Part shown: in pieces, positions 34,462 to 48,037 of the stretch
Layout of the letters: every line of letters begins with the position of its first letter
Numbering within the stretch: the first letter of the stretch is position 1
Source: Squalus acanthias
Lineage: Eukaryota
Length of the DNA stretch: 64,000 bases
Assembly (NCBI GenBank): GCA_030390025.1
Contig: CM059433.1
Location: 6,262,001-6,326,000 of the forward strand
Reading direction: 5' to 3'
The notes under the pieces: generated by a model
What the model saw: the letters and a program-made list of their open reading frames with translations, nothing else
Database searches by the model: none
Told to the model about the DNA's origin: nothing
Position numbers and translations under genes: made by a program

Positions 34462-36348
34462 CCCAGACTTTCTGGCCGGGATATCTAGGATGGAATCATC
34501 CACCTGCTGTACCAGTGATCACAACCCCAATTCCCTTTCAACATTAGTCCCACACATTACCTTCCCTCTGTTACTGATCATCACAGCGTCCTCTTGGCCA
34601 CAATGCTGAAATAAAAGCCACCACAAAGCAAATTTTCCAATCCAACTTTATATATGCATCCAATAAAACATCAAGAAATCAACTAATCAACCTTGTGTAT
34701 TCCCTTAGTGACTGTCTTGTGTGTGCCTTTGCCTATCCTAGTGATGTCACGCAGTGCTACCCCAGTGGCTGCAGCATGGCTGGCGGAAGGCTGCTGACTT
34801 TCAGTGGGGGTCACTGCTGATGGCCTTGCTGGTCGACCTTGAGGAGCTAGAAGCTGGGAGTGTGAAATCGAGCGACGGTGTTTCTTCTTCTTCTTCTTCT
34901 TCTTCACTCTCCTCTCCCTCTTCTTGGTCAACCACTGGCTGGGCAGACTGCATTTCTTGGGTGTGTGAAATGAAGAAGGCACAAGGATAGGGTTGTGGTG
35001 AGCGGAGGCCGAGAAAGCAAGAGCTGCATGCTTACACCATGTGCACCTTGTAAATCAGGAGATATTGTGGGATGAGGAGGAAGTGGGATGTGAGAATGAG
35101 GATAACATATGAGGATATCCGCATCTTGTATTCTTTCAGCACCGCTGCTCGCCAAGGGCTCAGCCATGCCCCTGCTAGGAGTGGCCGGCATTGTCTCCTC
35201 TAAGGGGGTGAGGTGAAGCTAGGAATGGGAAGTGTGCCTCATGTTTGGTACAGATTGTTGGTAGGTGAGTGATGTGGGGGTTGTTGAGGGGAGGGTCGTG
35301 CATTGAGCAGTGTGTGAGGCTAGTAGTACAGTTGGTAGGAGACGGCTTTTGAAGATGCATTCACTGACCTTGACTACTCGTCTTGAGGTCATGAAGCTTC
35401 TTTGGGCAGTGGAGCCAGGTGGTGGGGGCGACACTGTTGGCAGTGACGGCCTTGGTGATCTGGTCCCACATCCTTCTTTCTGGAGGGACTCCTGGCCCCC
35501 CTGGGTAGAGGACCTCTCTTGCAGTGTTGACCCCCTGCACAAAGCTAGAGTGCTGCGTGCGAGACCCTGGGTGCCCCTTCCCTGGGTTGTTGAGCCATTT
35601 GTGTTTGTGCTGAAGCACTTTTACCTTTTTTATGTGCAGAAGGCAATTCAGCTTTAAGAGCTGAAGACTGCCATTTTGGAATTATTTTTAATGTTTTTTT
35701 CCCAGAAGGCAGTTGAGCTCTAAGGACTAAAGACTGCCTATTTTTAAATGATTTTTATTTTTTTCATTTTAGAAGGCTGTTCGCCTTTAAGGGCTCGAGA
35801 CTGCTTTCTAAAATGTCAGGCTAGCTTTAAGACAACGCTGCCTTGCTCCAGAGACGCCATGGCCATGCTACATTGGGCCTCCTGCTGAGAGTACTGCCCG
35901 AAAAAGCGCGTTGCACGTTAGGTTCTGCGCTCCGATCATTTAAATCAGCGGCAGCACCAAAATAACGGTGCTGCCTGTGTTCTTTTTATGGGCAGGAGTT
36001 GGCCTCACCGCCCGTTTTCCGGCGCTATCGGATTTCTAGACCTATCTACATCATTTAGCAGTCTAGATTCCATTAGGTGTATGTTGGGATATTCTTTCTC
36101 CGATACATCAATTCATTTATGTGTACTCTTTTGTCACAAAGGGGTTTAATTAGACATATCATCAGTTTCGGCTGAATAATGAGGACCACACTTAAGTGTT
36201 TAAGAACCAAAAATATTAATTTCTGCTAACATCTCAATTTCTGCAAACATCTATCCAACTATACACAAAGTATAACGGAGGGACCATTTCTGTTTGATTG
36301 AACAGTTTTGTCTGTGTAACCATATATTTACACAACATGAACATTTAG

Positions 36349-36820
36349 TGTCAGCCGTGGCTCAGTGGGTAGCCACACTCACCTCTGAGTCAGAAGGTTG
36401 TGGGTTCACAGTCCCACTCCAGGGACTTGAGCACATAAAGCTAGGCTGACGCTCCAGTGCAGTGCTGAGGGAGTGCTGCACTGTCGGAGGTGCCGTCTAT
36501 CGGATGAGACGTTAAACCGAGGCCCCGTCTGCTCTCTCAGGTGGACGTAAAAGATCCCATGGGCACTATTTTGAAGAAGAGCAGGGGAGTTATCCCTGGT
36601 GTCCTGGGGCCAATATTTATCCCTCAACCAACATAACAAAAACAGATTATCTGGTCTTTTTCACATTGCTGTTTATGGGAGCTTGCTGTGTGCAAATTGG
36701 CTGCTGCGTTTCCCACATTACAACAGTGACTACACTTCAAAAGTACTTCATTGGTTGTAAAGCGCTTTGAGACGTCCGGTGGTCATGAAAGGCGCTATAG
36801 AAATGCAAGTCTTTCTTTCT
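36349..36820 (+). mobile_element. Full-length DeuSINE copy
   Basis: A/B boxes, body and tail as in other copies. Confidence 0.87.
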
Positions 36821-37689
36821 TAATACACCATTATTCATTTGCTACCTATCTAGTATAAATATTTTCTAATTTATTTAAACTGCTCCATTTGAGAAGAACA
36901 TATTTTGCACTATAGTCTGCTTTGTACACACTGCCCTTAAGAGTGCAACATACAAAATTATTTAGGAAGAAACACAGATTTCCTATGGACGACTGCAGAT
37001 TCGTCCGATCCTCCCTCCTCCTCCTCCCTTCTAATTTCTCCTCTTCGCTACAGGTCTACAGGCAGCAGCAACCTTCCAGTACTTTCCCCTAAGTGACCGC
37101 TTCTCATGTGCAAGCGTAGACAGTATGCGTCAGCCAGTCATTTGAAAGTGTGTGTTTTACGCAAGTGTAGATTATGTGAAAAGTTCATAACTCAAAGAAT
37201 GACGAAGGCGATACGAAACATGCTAATCTCCTTCATTTGATCATCCTACTAATGTATTACCATGAACAGAGGTGGATCATCATGGTTATGTTAACATCAG
37301 TTTACAGCGTGGAGGTGTTTAAACAAGTCTCCTCCTGAAGTGAAATGGTAATCTTGCAAAACGAGAAATACTACTCATCATGCAAGGGGGTTGTTGGAAA
37401 ATATGATGAATTACCTAAAAATTTACATCCAAAAGAAACAAATGATTTTACAGACTGGTGTTTTATAGACTGGTGTACACCCACTGATGTGTATCTTCAT
37501 TTGTGGCCTTATAAATAACAAGGTGGTGAACCCAGGTTTACATTCTGAAGAATTAAATACTGGATAAATTGAGGAACAATAATTTCTTAGGACAAATAAA
37601 ATTCGAAACTTAATCATCCAGAAAATTGTGAGCACTTCAATTGGGCAGACCTCTGCGTGTATCTTTTAAAAAAAATATTTTTTTATTTA

Positions 37690-39170
37690 CTCAATCACAG
37701 GATGTGGGCGTCGCTGGTAAGGCCAGCATTTATTGCCCATCCCTAATTGCAGTTGAGCAGGTGGTGGTGAGCCTCCTTCTTGAACCGCTGCAGTCCGTGT
37801 GGTGAAGGTACTCCCACAGTGCTGTTAGGGAGGGAGTTGCAGGATTTTGACCCAGCGACGATGAAGGATCGGCCGATATACTTCCAAGTCAGGATGGTGT
37901 GTGACTTGGAGGAGAACTTGGAGGTGGTGGTGTTCCCATGCGCCTGCTGCCCTTGTCCTTCTAGGTGAAAGAGGTCACGGGTTTGGGAGGTGCTGTCGAA
38001 GAAGCCTTGGTGAGTTGCTGCAGTGCATCTTGTAGATGGTACACACTGCAGCCACGGTGCGCCGGTGGTGGAGGGAGTGAATGTTTAAGGTGGTGGATGG
38101 GGTGCCAATCAAGCGGGCTGCTTTGTCTTGGATGGTGTCGAGCTTCTTGAGTGTTATTGGAGCTGCACTCATCCAGGTAAGTGGAGAGTGTTCCATCACA
38201 CTCCTTACTTGTGCCTTGTAGATGGTGGAAAGGCTTTGGGGAGTCAGGAGGTGAGACACTCACCGCAGAATACCCAGCCTCTGACCTGCTCTTGTTGCCA
38301 CAGTATTTATGTGGTTGGTCCAGTTAAGTTTCTGGTCAATGATGACCTCCAAGATATTGATGGTGGGGGATTCACCAATGGTAATGCCGTTGAATGTCAA
38401 GGGGCGGTGGTTAGACTCTCGCTTGTTGGAGATGGTCTTTGCCTGATACTTGTGTAGCGCGAATGTTACTCGCCACTTATCAGCCTAAGCCTGGATGTTG
38501 TCCAGGTCTTGCTGCATGCGGGCATGGACTGCTTCATTATCTGAGGAGTTGCAAATGGAATTGAATACTGTGCAATCATCAGCTAACTTCCCCACTTCTG
38601 ACCTTATGATGGAAGGAAGGTCTTTGATGAAGCAGCTGAAGATGGTTGGGCCTAGGACACTGCCCTGAGGCAGTGATGTCCTGGGGCTGAGATGATTGGC
38701 CTCCAACAACCACAACCATCTTCCTTTGTGCCAGGTTTGACTCCAGCCAGTGGAGAGTTTTCCCCCTGATCCCCATTGACTTCAATTTTACTAGGGCTCC
38801 TTGATGCCACACTTGGTCAAATGCTGCAGTGTGCATTGTTGAGCAGGTTATTGGTGAGTAAGTGACATTTGATAGCAATGTTGACAACACTTTCCATTAC
38901 TTTGCAGATGATTGAAAGTAGACTGATGGGGTGCTGAATAGCGGATTGGATTTTGTGGACAGGACATAACTGGGCAATTTTCCATTTTGTCGGGCAGATG
39001 CCAGTGTTGTAGCTATACTGGAACAGCTTGGCTAGAGGCGCAGCTAGCTCTGGAGCACAAGTCTTCAGCACGACAGCCGGGTTGTTGTCGGGGCCCACAG
39101 CCTTTGTTGTATCCAGTGTGCACAGCCGTTTTTTGATATCACATGGAGTGAATCAATTTGACTGAAGACT
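37690..39170 (-). mobile_element. CR1-clade LINE, second family
   Basis: PQGSVLGPTIFSCFI, KLADDCTVF and LKKLDTIQDKAARLIG motifs. Confidence 0.85.
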
Positions 39171-39429
39171 GGCACCCAATTTTTTGGGGGGCCTTAAAGG
39201 GGCCGCGCAACGCATTCAAAAATCCACGCATGCCAGACCGGGTAAGTCAATGGGGATCAGGGGGAAAACTCTCCACTGGCTGGAGTCAAACCTGGCACAA
39301 AGGAAGATGGTTGTGGTTGTTGGAGGCCAATCATCTCAGCCTCAGGACATCACTGCAGGAGTTCCTCAGGGCAGTGTCCTAGGCCCAACCATCTTCAGCT
39401 GCTTCATCAAAGACCTTCCTTCCATCATT

Positions 39430-39600
39430 AGTGAACCAGCTGGTTTGTTTTTACGACAATCCGGTAGTTTGATGGTACTAGCTTTTTTTTAAATTCCAGA
39501 TTTATTTAATTAAATTCAAGCTCACAAACTGCCATGGTGGGATTTGAACTCACGTCTCTGGATTATTAGTCCAGTAACAAAGCCACTATGCTGCCGCACT
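39430..39600 (-). mobile_element. tRNA-derived SINE head fragment (different family)
   Basis: Minus strand GCAGCATAGTGG...GAGTTCAAATCCC A/B-box-like motifs. Confidence 0.5.
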
Positions 39601-39914
39601 TCTATCTGTTGAGCAAGGCTCTGTGCCGGGAGCACAGCTTCACAAAACATTTATCCAATAGTGGCAAACAGGACACGACAGGACATGTTTACGGAAAGTG
39701 ATATGTTGCAGTATATTATGCAAGAGGTTGATGTCAGACAGGATCAGAAGAGGCCAGTAGTGAGGAGACACATTTAGGACTAGAGGTGAGGAAAACGTCT
39801 CGGAGATTAGTTCGATTACTGAGTTGAGCAAGGATATGGTTTGGACTGATTGTCATTTAGGATGACAGAGTGGTTACCTGATCAATAGAAAAAAGAGAAG
39901 CAAGCTAGTGCTAG

Positions 39915-40227
39915 AATCATAGAAAGTTACAACACGGAAGGAGGCCATTTCGGCCCATCGTGTCCGTGCCGGCCAACAAAGAGCTATCCAGCCTAATCCC
40001 ACTTCCCAGCTCTTGGTCCGTAGCCCTGCAGGTTACAGCATCCCAAGTGCACATCCAAGTACTTTTTAAATGTGGTTAGGGTTCCTGCCTCTACCACCCT
40101 TTCAGGCAGTGAGTTCCAGACCCCCACAACCCTCTGGGTGAAGACATTTCCCCTCAAATCCCCTCTAAACCTTCCACCAATTACTTTAAATCCGTGCCCC
40201 CTGGTTTTTGACCCCTCTGCTAAGGGA
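39915..40227 (-). mobile_element. CR1 3' fragment
   Basis: TRGHGFKVIGGRFRGDLRGNVFTQRVVGVWNSLP. Confidence 0.85.
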
Positions 40228-40240
40228 TTGTAAACATAAT

Positions 40241-40882
40241 GGGCTGGATTTTCATTGACCTGTGGAGGCGGGTTTGGAGGCTTGTGGGGGGTTAAAATTG
40301 TGAAAACTGGCGGGCGGGCACAAGCCCGTCTCCATCCTGCCTCCACGCAATTTTCATTAAATCGTGTCTGCTGGTCCCGACTCCGTCCCGCCTTTAAGAG
40401 GCGGGATAGGCTGTTAAGGCCCTTAACAAGCACTAAATTGCCTCTATAATGCCATTTTGAAAGGCCTTTGTGATTTTAATCCTTGTTTTATGTGAAGCAC
40501 GCCTGTTCTGAAACACGATTGTGAAACCTGGTGAGAGCACATTTCGATAGCTGACTATCAGCTGCAGGTCCACGATAATAGGAAAAATATCTGGGAGCAG
40601 AGGTAGGGCTACTGCTGCTCATTTCTTTTTTTTCTCTCTCTCATATTCATATCCAGGTCCTCTCACAGCAAAGGCCAGGCAGTCTATGAAGACATTCAAT
40701 GCAGCAGCAATGATGACATCATCAGAGGCAACTTTCAGACTCAAAACACTAATTGGTTCATGGGTTCCCACATGCTGAAACTCAATTGCCCAATTAGGTG
40801 AAAATTGCATCAATCTCCCACATCCAATTGCAGTCGGGTGGATGACACGACCCCAACCTGCCCCAGTATCAAAATCCAGCCC
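40241..40882. mobile_element. Harbinger-type MITE
   Basis: Perfect 12-bp TIR GGGCTGGATTTT...AAAATCCAGCCC with 3-bp AAT target-site duplication. Confidence 0.85.
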
Positions 40883-41356
40883 AATGTTATCGTGTCTTAA
40901 TGTAGAAAAATGTCTCAAGTCACATCATCCAGGCATAAGGAAAACAAAATGGATGGCAAGCTAAATTAAGAGGGGCCAAAGAAATGGTTTTAAGGAGGTC
41001 TTAAGGCACGGAGGAGCTTAGGGAGGGATAGCCAGGGTGTGTGTGAAGCCCAGATAGCTGAAAGCACAGCCACCAATGTTGGCGTGAAGGGAACAGGAGC
41101 ACAAAAGACTGGAGTCACAAGATGGAGCATTTTCTGGGCGGAAGTGGGTGGGGGTATGTAGGGCTGGTCGAGGTTACAGAAAGAGCAACGGATTTAAACA
41201 CAAGGATGCAAATTTTAAACTCGAGGTGTTGTGGGACCGGGAGTCTAAGTAGGTCAGCGAGGACGTGAAAGATGGGGAAGTGGGACTTGGCGCGAGCTAG
41301 AATATGGACAACAGAGTTTTGGATGAGTGGAAGTTTACAAAGAGTGGAGGATGGAT

Positions 41357-41958
41357 TACATCGGATATACGGCACAGAAACAGGCCATTCGGCCCAACCA
41401 GTCCATGCCGGCGTTTATGCTCCACTCGAGCCTCCTCCAGTCTTTCCTCATCTAAATCTATCAGCATAACCCTCCATTCCCTTCTCCCTCAGATGTTTGT
41501 CCAGCCTCCCCTTAAATGCATCTATACTATTCGCTTCAACCACTCCCTGTGGTAGCGAGTTCCACATTCTCACCACTCTCTGGGTAAAGAAGTTTCTCCT
41601 GAACTCCCTATTGGATTTCTTGGTGACAATCTTATATTGATGGCCTCTAGTTATGCTCTTCCCCACAAGTGGAAACATTCTCTCTCTATCCACTCTATCA
41701 AAACCTTTCATAATTTTATAGACCTCTATTAGGACATCCCTCAGCCTTCTTCTTTCAAGAGAAAAGAGCCCCAGCCTGTTCATCCTTTCCTGATATGTAT
41801 AACCTCGCATTTCTGGTATCATCCTTGTAAATCTTCTCTGCACCCTCTCCAGTGCCTCTATATCCTTTTTATAATATGGCGACCAGAACTGTACTCCAAG
41901 TGTGGTCTAACCAAGGTTCGATACAGGTTTAGCATAACTTCCTACTTTTCAATTCCCA
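41357..41958 (-). mobile_element. CR1 3' fragment nested in an older LINE remnant (~40900-42130)
   Basis: QRRFTRMIPEMRG...RRNFFTQRVVRMWNSLP; flanks give LINE-like peptides (LIQNSVVHIL, LNYSNALL). Confidence 0.85.
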
Positions 41959-42129
41959 GGAGAGCATTGGAATAGTTGAGACTTGGTATGACAAAGAAAT
42001 GGATGAGTGTTTCAGTAGAAGATGGGCTGAGCTTTGGGCGGACGCAGGCGATATCACGCAGGTGCAAATAGACGGTCTTTGTTAAGGAGGGGATCTGGGG
42101 GCAGAAGCGCAGCTCAGGATCAATAACGA

Positions 42130-43980
42130 TGGCAAGGCATTTATTGCCCAACCCTAGTTGCCCTTGAGAAGGTGGTGGTGAGCCGCCGCCTTGAACCGCT
42201 GCAGTCCGTGTGGTGAAGGTGCTCCCACAGTGCTGTTAGGGAGGGAGTTCCAGGATTTTGACCCAGCGACGATGAAGGAACAGCGATATATTTCCAAATC
42301 AGGATGGTGTGTGACTTGGAGGGGAACTTGGAGGTGGTGGTGTTTCCATGCGCCTGCTGCCCTTGTCTTTCTAGGTGGAAGAGGTCGCGGGTTTGGGTGG
42401 TGCTGCCGAAGAAGCCTTGGCGAGTTGCTGCAGTGCATCTTGTAGATGGTACACACTGCAGCCATGGTATGCCGGTGGTGGAGGAAGTGAATGTTTAAGG
42501 TGGTGGATGGGGTACCAATCAAGCGGGCTGCTTTGTCCTGGATGGTGTCGAGCTTCGAGTGTTGTTGGAGCTGCACTCATCCAGGCAAGTGGAGAGTATT
42601 CCATCACACTCCTTACTTGTGCCTTGTAGATGGTGGAAAGGCTTTGGGGAGTCAGGAGGTGAGACACTCACCGCAGAATACCCAGCCTCTGACCTGCTCT
42701 TGTTGCCACAGTATTTATGTGGCTGGTGCAGTTAAGTTTCTGGTCAATGGTGACCTCCAGGATACTGATGGTGGGGGATTCTGCAATGGTAATGCTGTTG
42801 AATGTCAAGGGGTGGTGGTTAGGCTCTCGCTTGTTGGAGATAGTCATTACCTGGTACTTGTGTGGCGTGAATGTTACCTGCCACTTATCAGCCCAAGCCT
42901 GAATGTCGTCCAGGTCATGCTGCATGTGGGCATGGACTGCTTCATTATCTGAGGAGTTGTGAATGGCGCTGAACACTGGCAGTCATCAGCGAACATCCGC
43001 ACTTCTGATTATGTTGGAGGGAAGGACATTGATGAAGCAACTGTAGATGGTTGGGCCTAGGACACTGCCCTGAGGAACTCCTGCAGCGATGTCCTGGGGC
43101 TGTGATGATTGACGTCCAACCACCACAACCATTTTCCTTTGTGCTAGGTATGACTCCAGCCCGTGGAGAGTTCCCCCCCGATTCCCATTGACTTCAGTTT
43201 TACTGGGGCTCCTTGATACCACACTGGGTCAAATGCTGCCTTGATGTCAAGGGCAGTCACTCTTACCTCACCTCTGGAATTCAGCTCTTTTGTCCATGTT
43301 TGGATCAAGGATGTAATGAGGTCTGGAGCCGAGTGGTCCTTATTGAACCAGGGTTGGTTCCCTGGCTTGATGGTAATGGTAGAGGGATATGCCGGGCCAT
43401 GAGGTTACAGATTGTGGTGGAATACAATTCTCCTGCTGCCCCACAGCGCCTCATGGATGCCCAGTTTTGAGCTGCTACATCTGTCCTGAATCTATCCCAT
43501 TGAGCACAGTGGTAGTGCCACACAACACGATGGAGGGTGTCCTCAGTGTGAAGACAGGACTTAGTCTCCACAATGACTGTGCGGTGGTCACTGCTACTAA
43601 CGCTGTCATGGACAGATGCATCTGCGACAGGTAGATTGGCGAGGACGAGGTCAAGTAGGTTTTTCCCTCGTGTTGGTTCTCTCACCACCTGTCGCAGGCC
43701 CAGACTGGCAACTATGTCTTTCAGGACTTGGCCAGTAGTGGTGCTACCGAGCCACTCTTGGAGATAAACATTAAAGTCCCCCACCCAGACTACATTCTGT
43801 GCCCTTGCTACTCTCAGTGCTTCTTCCAAGTGGTGTTCAACATGGCGGAGTACTGATTCATCAGCTGAGGGAGGGCGGTAGGTGGTAATCAGCAGGAGGT
43901 TTCCTTGCCCATGCTTGACCTGAAACCATGAGACTTCATGGGGTCAGGAGTCAATGTTGAGGACTCCGAGGGGCACTCCT
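42130..43980 (-). mobile_element. CR1-clade LINE with endonuclease and RT remnants
   Basis: VWVGDFNV...EPTRGKNLLDLVL...SDHRTV (APE endonuclease); GVPQGSVLGPT (RT). Confidence 0.88.
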
Positions 43981-46214
43981 TCCCTTGCAGAGGCCACGAA
44001 AATGATGTGACCTAAAGTTCAGCAACAAGGGGTCGGTGGGGGTGATGTATTTAAATGACCACAGAAGGTTGTTGTGCAGGAAGAGCTAGGAAAGTCTGAC
44101 ACGAACCACTTGGTAACAGAAAAGTACTTTTATTTGGAAGAGAGTCAGGTACAGCACACCAAACAGCAATCTAATACTAAAGAAACAAACAAAACTCACC
44201 CGCGTTGTGTTCGGGGTAGATTAGCATTCTGGCGTCTGTGTGGTTATTACAGACTGCGGTGTCTTAGTTACACTGTTTCTCTACCCTGAGCACAAGGCGT
44301 GGGCTCATTTTTATAATGGAAAATGATGCCTGGTGTTCGACAAGCATTAACCCATACAAGTTGCTTCCCCGTATATCCTAACTAGAGGGGCCGATAAAAG
44401 GCTACCAACAGTAGGAACTAAGGCAGGTGACATTCATGTGCTCAAAGGTTACTTCAGTCCCAAGTTGTGGGTCTTTGTTGGGCTTCTTTGCAAACAACCA
44501 CCCCCCCCCTCCCGCCACCCGACCCCCTATTCTTTCCGACAACTGCTAGTCACGTATCCAGGTCTGTTCTCAGACACGAGTTTCTGTTAAAGCATTGTCG
44601 TCTTCAAGGCCATACTTTGCATCTGCATGCTTATCTCTTTCTGGGAAGAAGCAGTTAGTCTTGTTCCCCCGTTTTCTCAGGCATCTGAAAAGGTTTTAAA
44701 AGAAATATTACGCTACCAAGCCAAAAGCATAACTCAAACTACCTTATTGATAATTGATTATAGGTTTCTAGGTTTAATTGCATGTTGTTAACTACACAAT
44801 TTCCCTGTTAACATATTGAATAACTTAAATTGATTAGTAATATAAAGTAGGCATTTTGAGATAGTCCTTCCAGGGTGGAGGGTTTAGTTTGAAATGGCTG
44901 CCAGGAGCCTCAGATCCCTTTCCAGAAGGTTTTGGGGGGGGGGGGGGGGGTGGGTGCAGGGTATCAGACACAAAGAGAAAGAGCAAGAGGACCGGTAACA
45001 CCAGGGACTGCTATTGTGAATCTCCTATTAGCAGAATACAAACAGTTGACAGGAGGGCAGTGTCTCACCCACACAACAATATGTGACAGGGGGGGAGGGG
45101 GGGGGGGGGGGGGAACAAAGAAAACTTAATGTATAAAATTTTAAAAACTGGAACCTTAAAGAATGACAGTTTCATACAATTTTGAATTTTTTTTTTTAGT
45201 GGTACAAATAGCATTTCCCCAATCAGCAGCTAGAAGAGGAGCAAGATTCCACATACAATGACTGACAGGAACAGACCCGCTGGTCCATCCAGCCTGTCCC
45301 ATCCCATCCCATCAGACAATGAATGCTGCAAATTAAAATTCTGCAAAGAAAAAAAGTCAGATAATAAACTTTTGACAACCAATTTGGAAAGCCAGTTCGA
45401 CAGTGTAAAAAGCATCTGCATGAAGAGGGCACAAGAAAAACAAGAGTGATTCATTTTCCACGTATGACTCATTTATTATTTTCCATCAGTGAAGAGGTTA
45501 AAAGAGGAACTGAAAGCTCAGTGCCGAAATATTGATTGTGGTGTATCTACTGTTTTAGGTTTATGTTTCAAGAATCATCAGCTATTCTCCAGCTTGTTTC
45601 AAGTTCCACTTGCCTCGGTCGCTGGTTGGGGTTTCTGACTCTCCAGGGTTATCTTGGAGATTAATCTCCTGCAAGCAACCCTGGAGGAAAATCATGGGGC
45701 ATTTAAAAAAAAGTGTCTTTCATTTTCTTTGAACACTTTCATTTATTGAGTATAAAAATATTGGAGATGCTGTTTGACTGGAAGGGTGGTTAGTCAGGTG
45801 ATGAAATCTCTGGGAATACATCCAACAAAGTTGGCAACCATATTGCTGCTGCTTGCAATCTAAATCACATTCTAGACCAAACGGTGGTAATTATCCTCAA
45901 CACGTGCAAAAAATCACTACAGGCCAAGCCAAAGCAATGCCAGGTCTTGCCCCCTGATCCAAGCAGTTGAAATTCTGCTCAAAGCTAACAGAGGTTCAGT
46001 TTGGTAACGGCAAGGCAGAACGCTGTGGGTTCAAGCCCACTCATGGACACAAATACATAATCCAGACAGACACCCCAGCAGTGTTGATGGATTGCTACTC
46101 TATTGGAGGAGCATTCCTCTGGATAAGATGTTCATGTGAAGGCCTCGTCTCTTTGTTCCAGTAGCTATTACAAGAGCAGAGCGTCTATTCACACCACCGT
46201 ATCAGCCAATGAGT

Positions 46215-46782
46215 CATAGAGGCACAGGAGGCCGCCATTTGGCCCATCGAGTCCGTGCCGGCTCTCTGTGGAGCAATCCAGTCAGTCCCATTCCCCCACT
46301 CTATCCCCGTAGCCCTGCAAGTTTATTTCCCTCAAGTGCCTATCCAGTCTCCCCTTGAAAACAGTGAGTGTCTCCGTTTCCACCACTTCTGTCGGCAGCG
46401 AGTTCCAGGTCATCACCACGCGCTGTATAAAAAAGTTTTTCCTCACATCCCCCCTGTATCTCTTGCCCAAAACCTTAAATCTGTGTCCCCTAGTCCTTGT
46501 ACCATCAACTAGTGGGAACAGCCTTTCCCCATCTAACCTATCCAAACCCGTCATAACCTTGTACACCTCGATCAAATCACCCCTCAACCGCCTTTGCTCT
46601 CATGAAAACAAATCCAGCTTCTCCAACCTGTCCATGTAGCGAAGATCCCCCATCCCCGGAACCATTCTGGTAAATCTCCTCTGCACCCTCTCAAGGGCCT
46701 TCACATCCTTCCTAAAGTGTGGTGACCAGAACTGGACGCAATACTCCAGTTGTGGCCTAACCAGCGCTTTATTAAGGTTCAG
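46215..46782 (-). mobile_element. CR1 3' fragment
   Basis: RGDLIEVYKVMTGLDR...QRVVMTWNSLP. Confidence 0.88.
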
Positions 46783-47384
46783 TTGGAGTCTGGGCAGGAC
46801 TCAAACAAAGTTTATCTACTCAAACAGAATTTAGTTAAACAGTGCACTACAGCAAACAATCTAGAGTCAATTTAAAGAGTTTCTATGAAATACTGCAAAT
46901 AGAACACACGACCGAAATTACAGCAACTACTCCTGTTAAAAGCAGGGCAATGGCTTTAGCAAAACAGTCAGTGGAAGATAGTTACAGACAAATTATGTGC
47001 ACAAAATCACTACCAGTCACTTACAGCAGTGCAGTCTCCAGGCTTGATTGATGATCATCTCCAATCTGGCCAGGAATAGTGGTGTCACGATATGATGATC
47101 GCCATTAAAGAGAGTTCTCGGTGTGTGTTGGCAAACAAAAGCAAACTAACTGGTCATTCATTTCATGGCTGTTTGTGGGACCTTGCAATGCCTAAAATGG
47201 TCACCATGTCTGCCTGTGTAACAGTGATTGCACGTCAAACATATGCAAAGTGCTCGAAGTCATTTCTGACAGGCTTTATAGTTCTAAAAAGAACCTCCAG
47301 ATGCAGCTCACAAGGAGATTTTTTTTTTTAAGTTGGAATGCACGGGCTGAGTGTTGAGAAACACGAAAGATCGCAACCTGTCTA

Positions 47385-48037
47385 AAATAAATCAGAAAAT
47401 GCTGGAAATACTCAGGCCAGACAGCATCTGTAGAGACAGAAACATTTCAGGTCTGTGAGCTTTTGTCAGAACTGGAAAATGTTAGAGGTAACAGGTTTTA
47501 AGCAAGTCCGGAGGCAGGAAAAGGAGGGGAGGGCAGGAGGCAAGAACAAAAGGGAAGGTCTGTGTTAGGGTGGAAGGCAGGAGTGATTAAATGACAAAAG
47601 GAATGATGGTGCAAGGCACAGGGTGTGGTAATGTGACAAGTAAAGAAACAAAAGATGGGTCTAGAGGAGGTGTAAATGGCAACACCCGCTGTCTGAAAAA
47701 AAATAGGAGCAGAGGTTATGATCTGAAATTGTTGAACTCGATGTTGAGTCTGGAGGGCTGTCAAGTGCCTGATCGAAAGGTGAGGTGCTGTTCCTCGAGC
47801 TTCACTGGAACAGTGCAGGAGGCCAAGGACAGAGATGCCAGAGTGGGAGTGAGGCGGAGAATTAAAATGGCAAGTGACTGGGAGCTCAGGGTCTCGCCTG
47901 CAGACTGAACGGAGGTATTCAGCAAAGCGATGACTCAATGTAGAGGAGACCGCATCATGAGCAGCGAATACAGTATACTAAATTGAAAGCACAAGTAAAT
48001 CACTGTTTCACCTGGAAGGAGTGTTTGGTGCCCTGGA
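47385..48037 (-). mobile_element. Penelope-like 3' fragment
   Basis: Homologous to 22540-23160; RFAEYLRSV...PVTCHFNSP; degenerate hammerhead core. Confidence 0.8.

Larger units (their letters stand above)
32263..36042. mobile_element. Internally deleted Harbinger DNA transposon
   Basis: Ends GGCCTAGAAATT / GATTTCTAGACC; Myb/SANT-like remnant on minus at 35361-35618 (REVLYP...WDQITKAV...CPKKLHDL). Confidence 0.7.

Noticed and set aside
32801..34609. Long ORFs of 380-550 aa on both strands
   Set aside because: Products of the stop-free 15-bp minisatellite; no credible start or splice context
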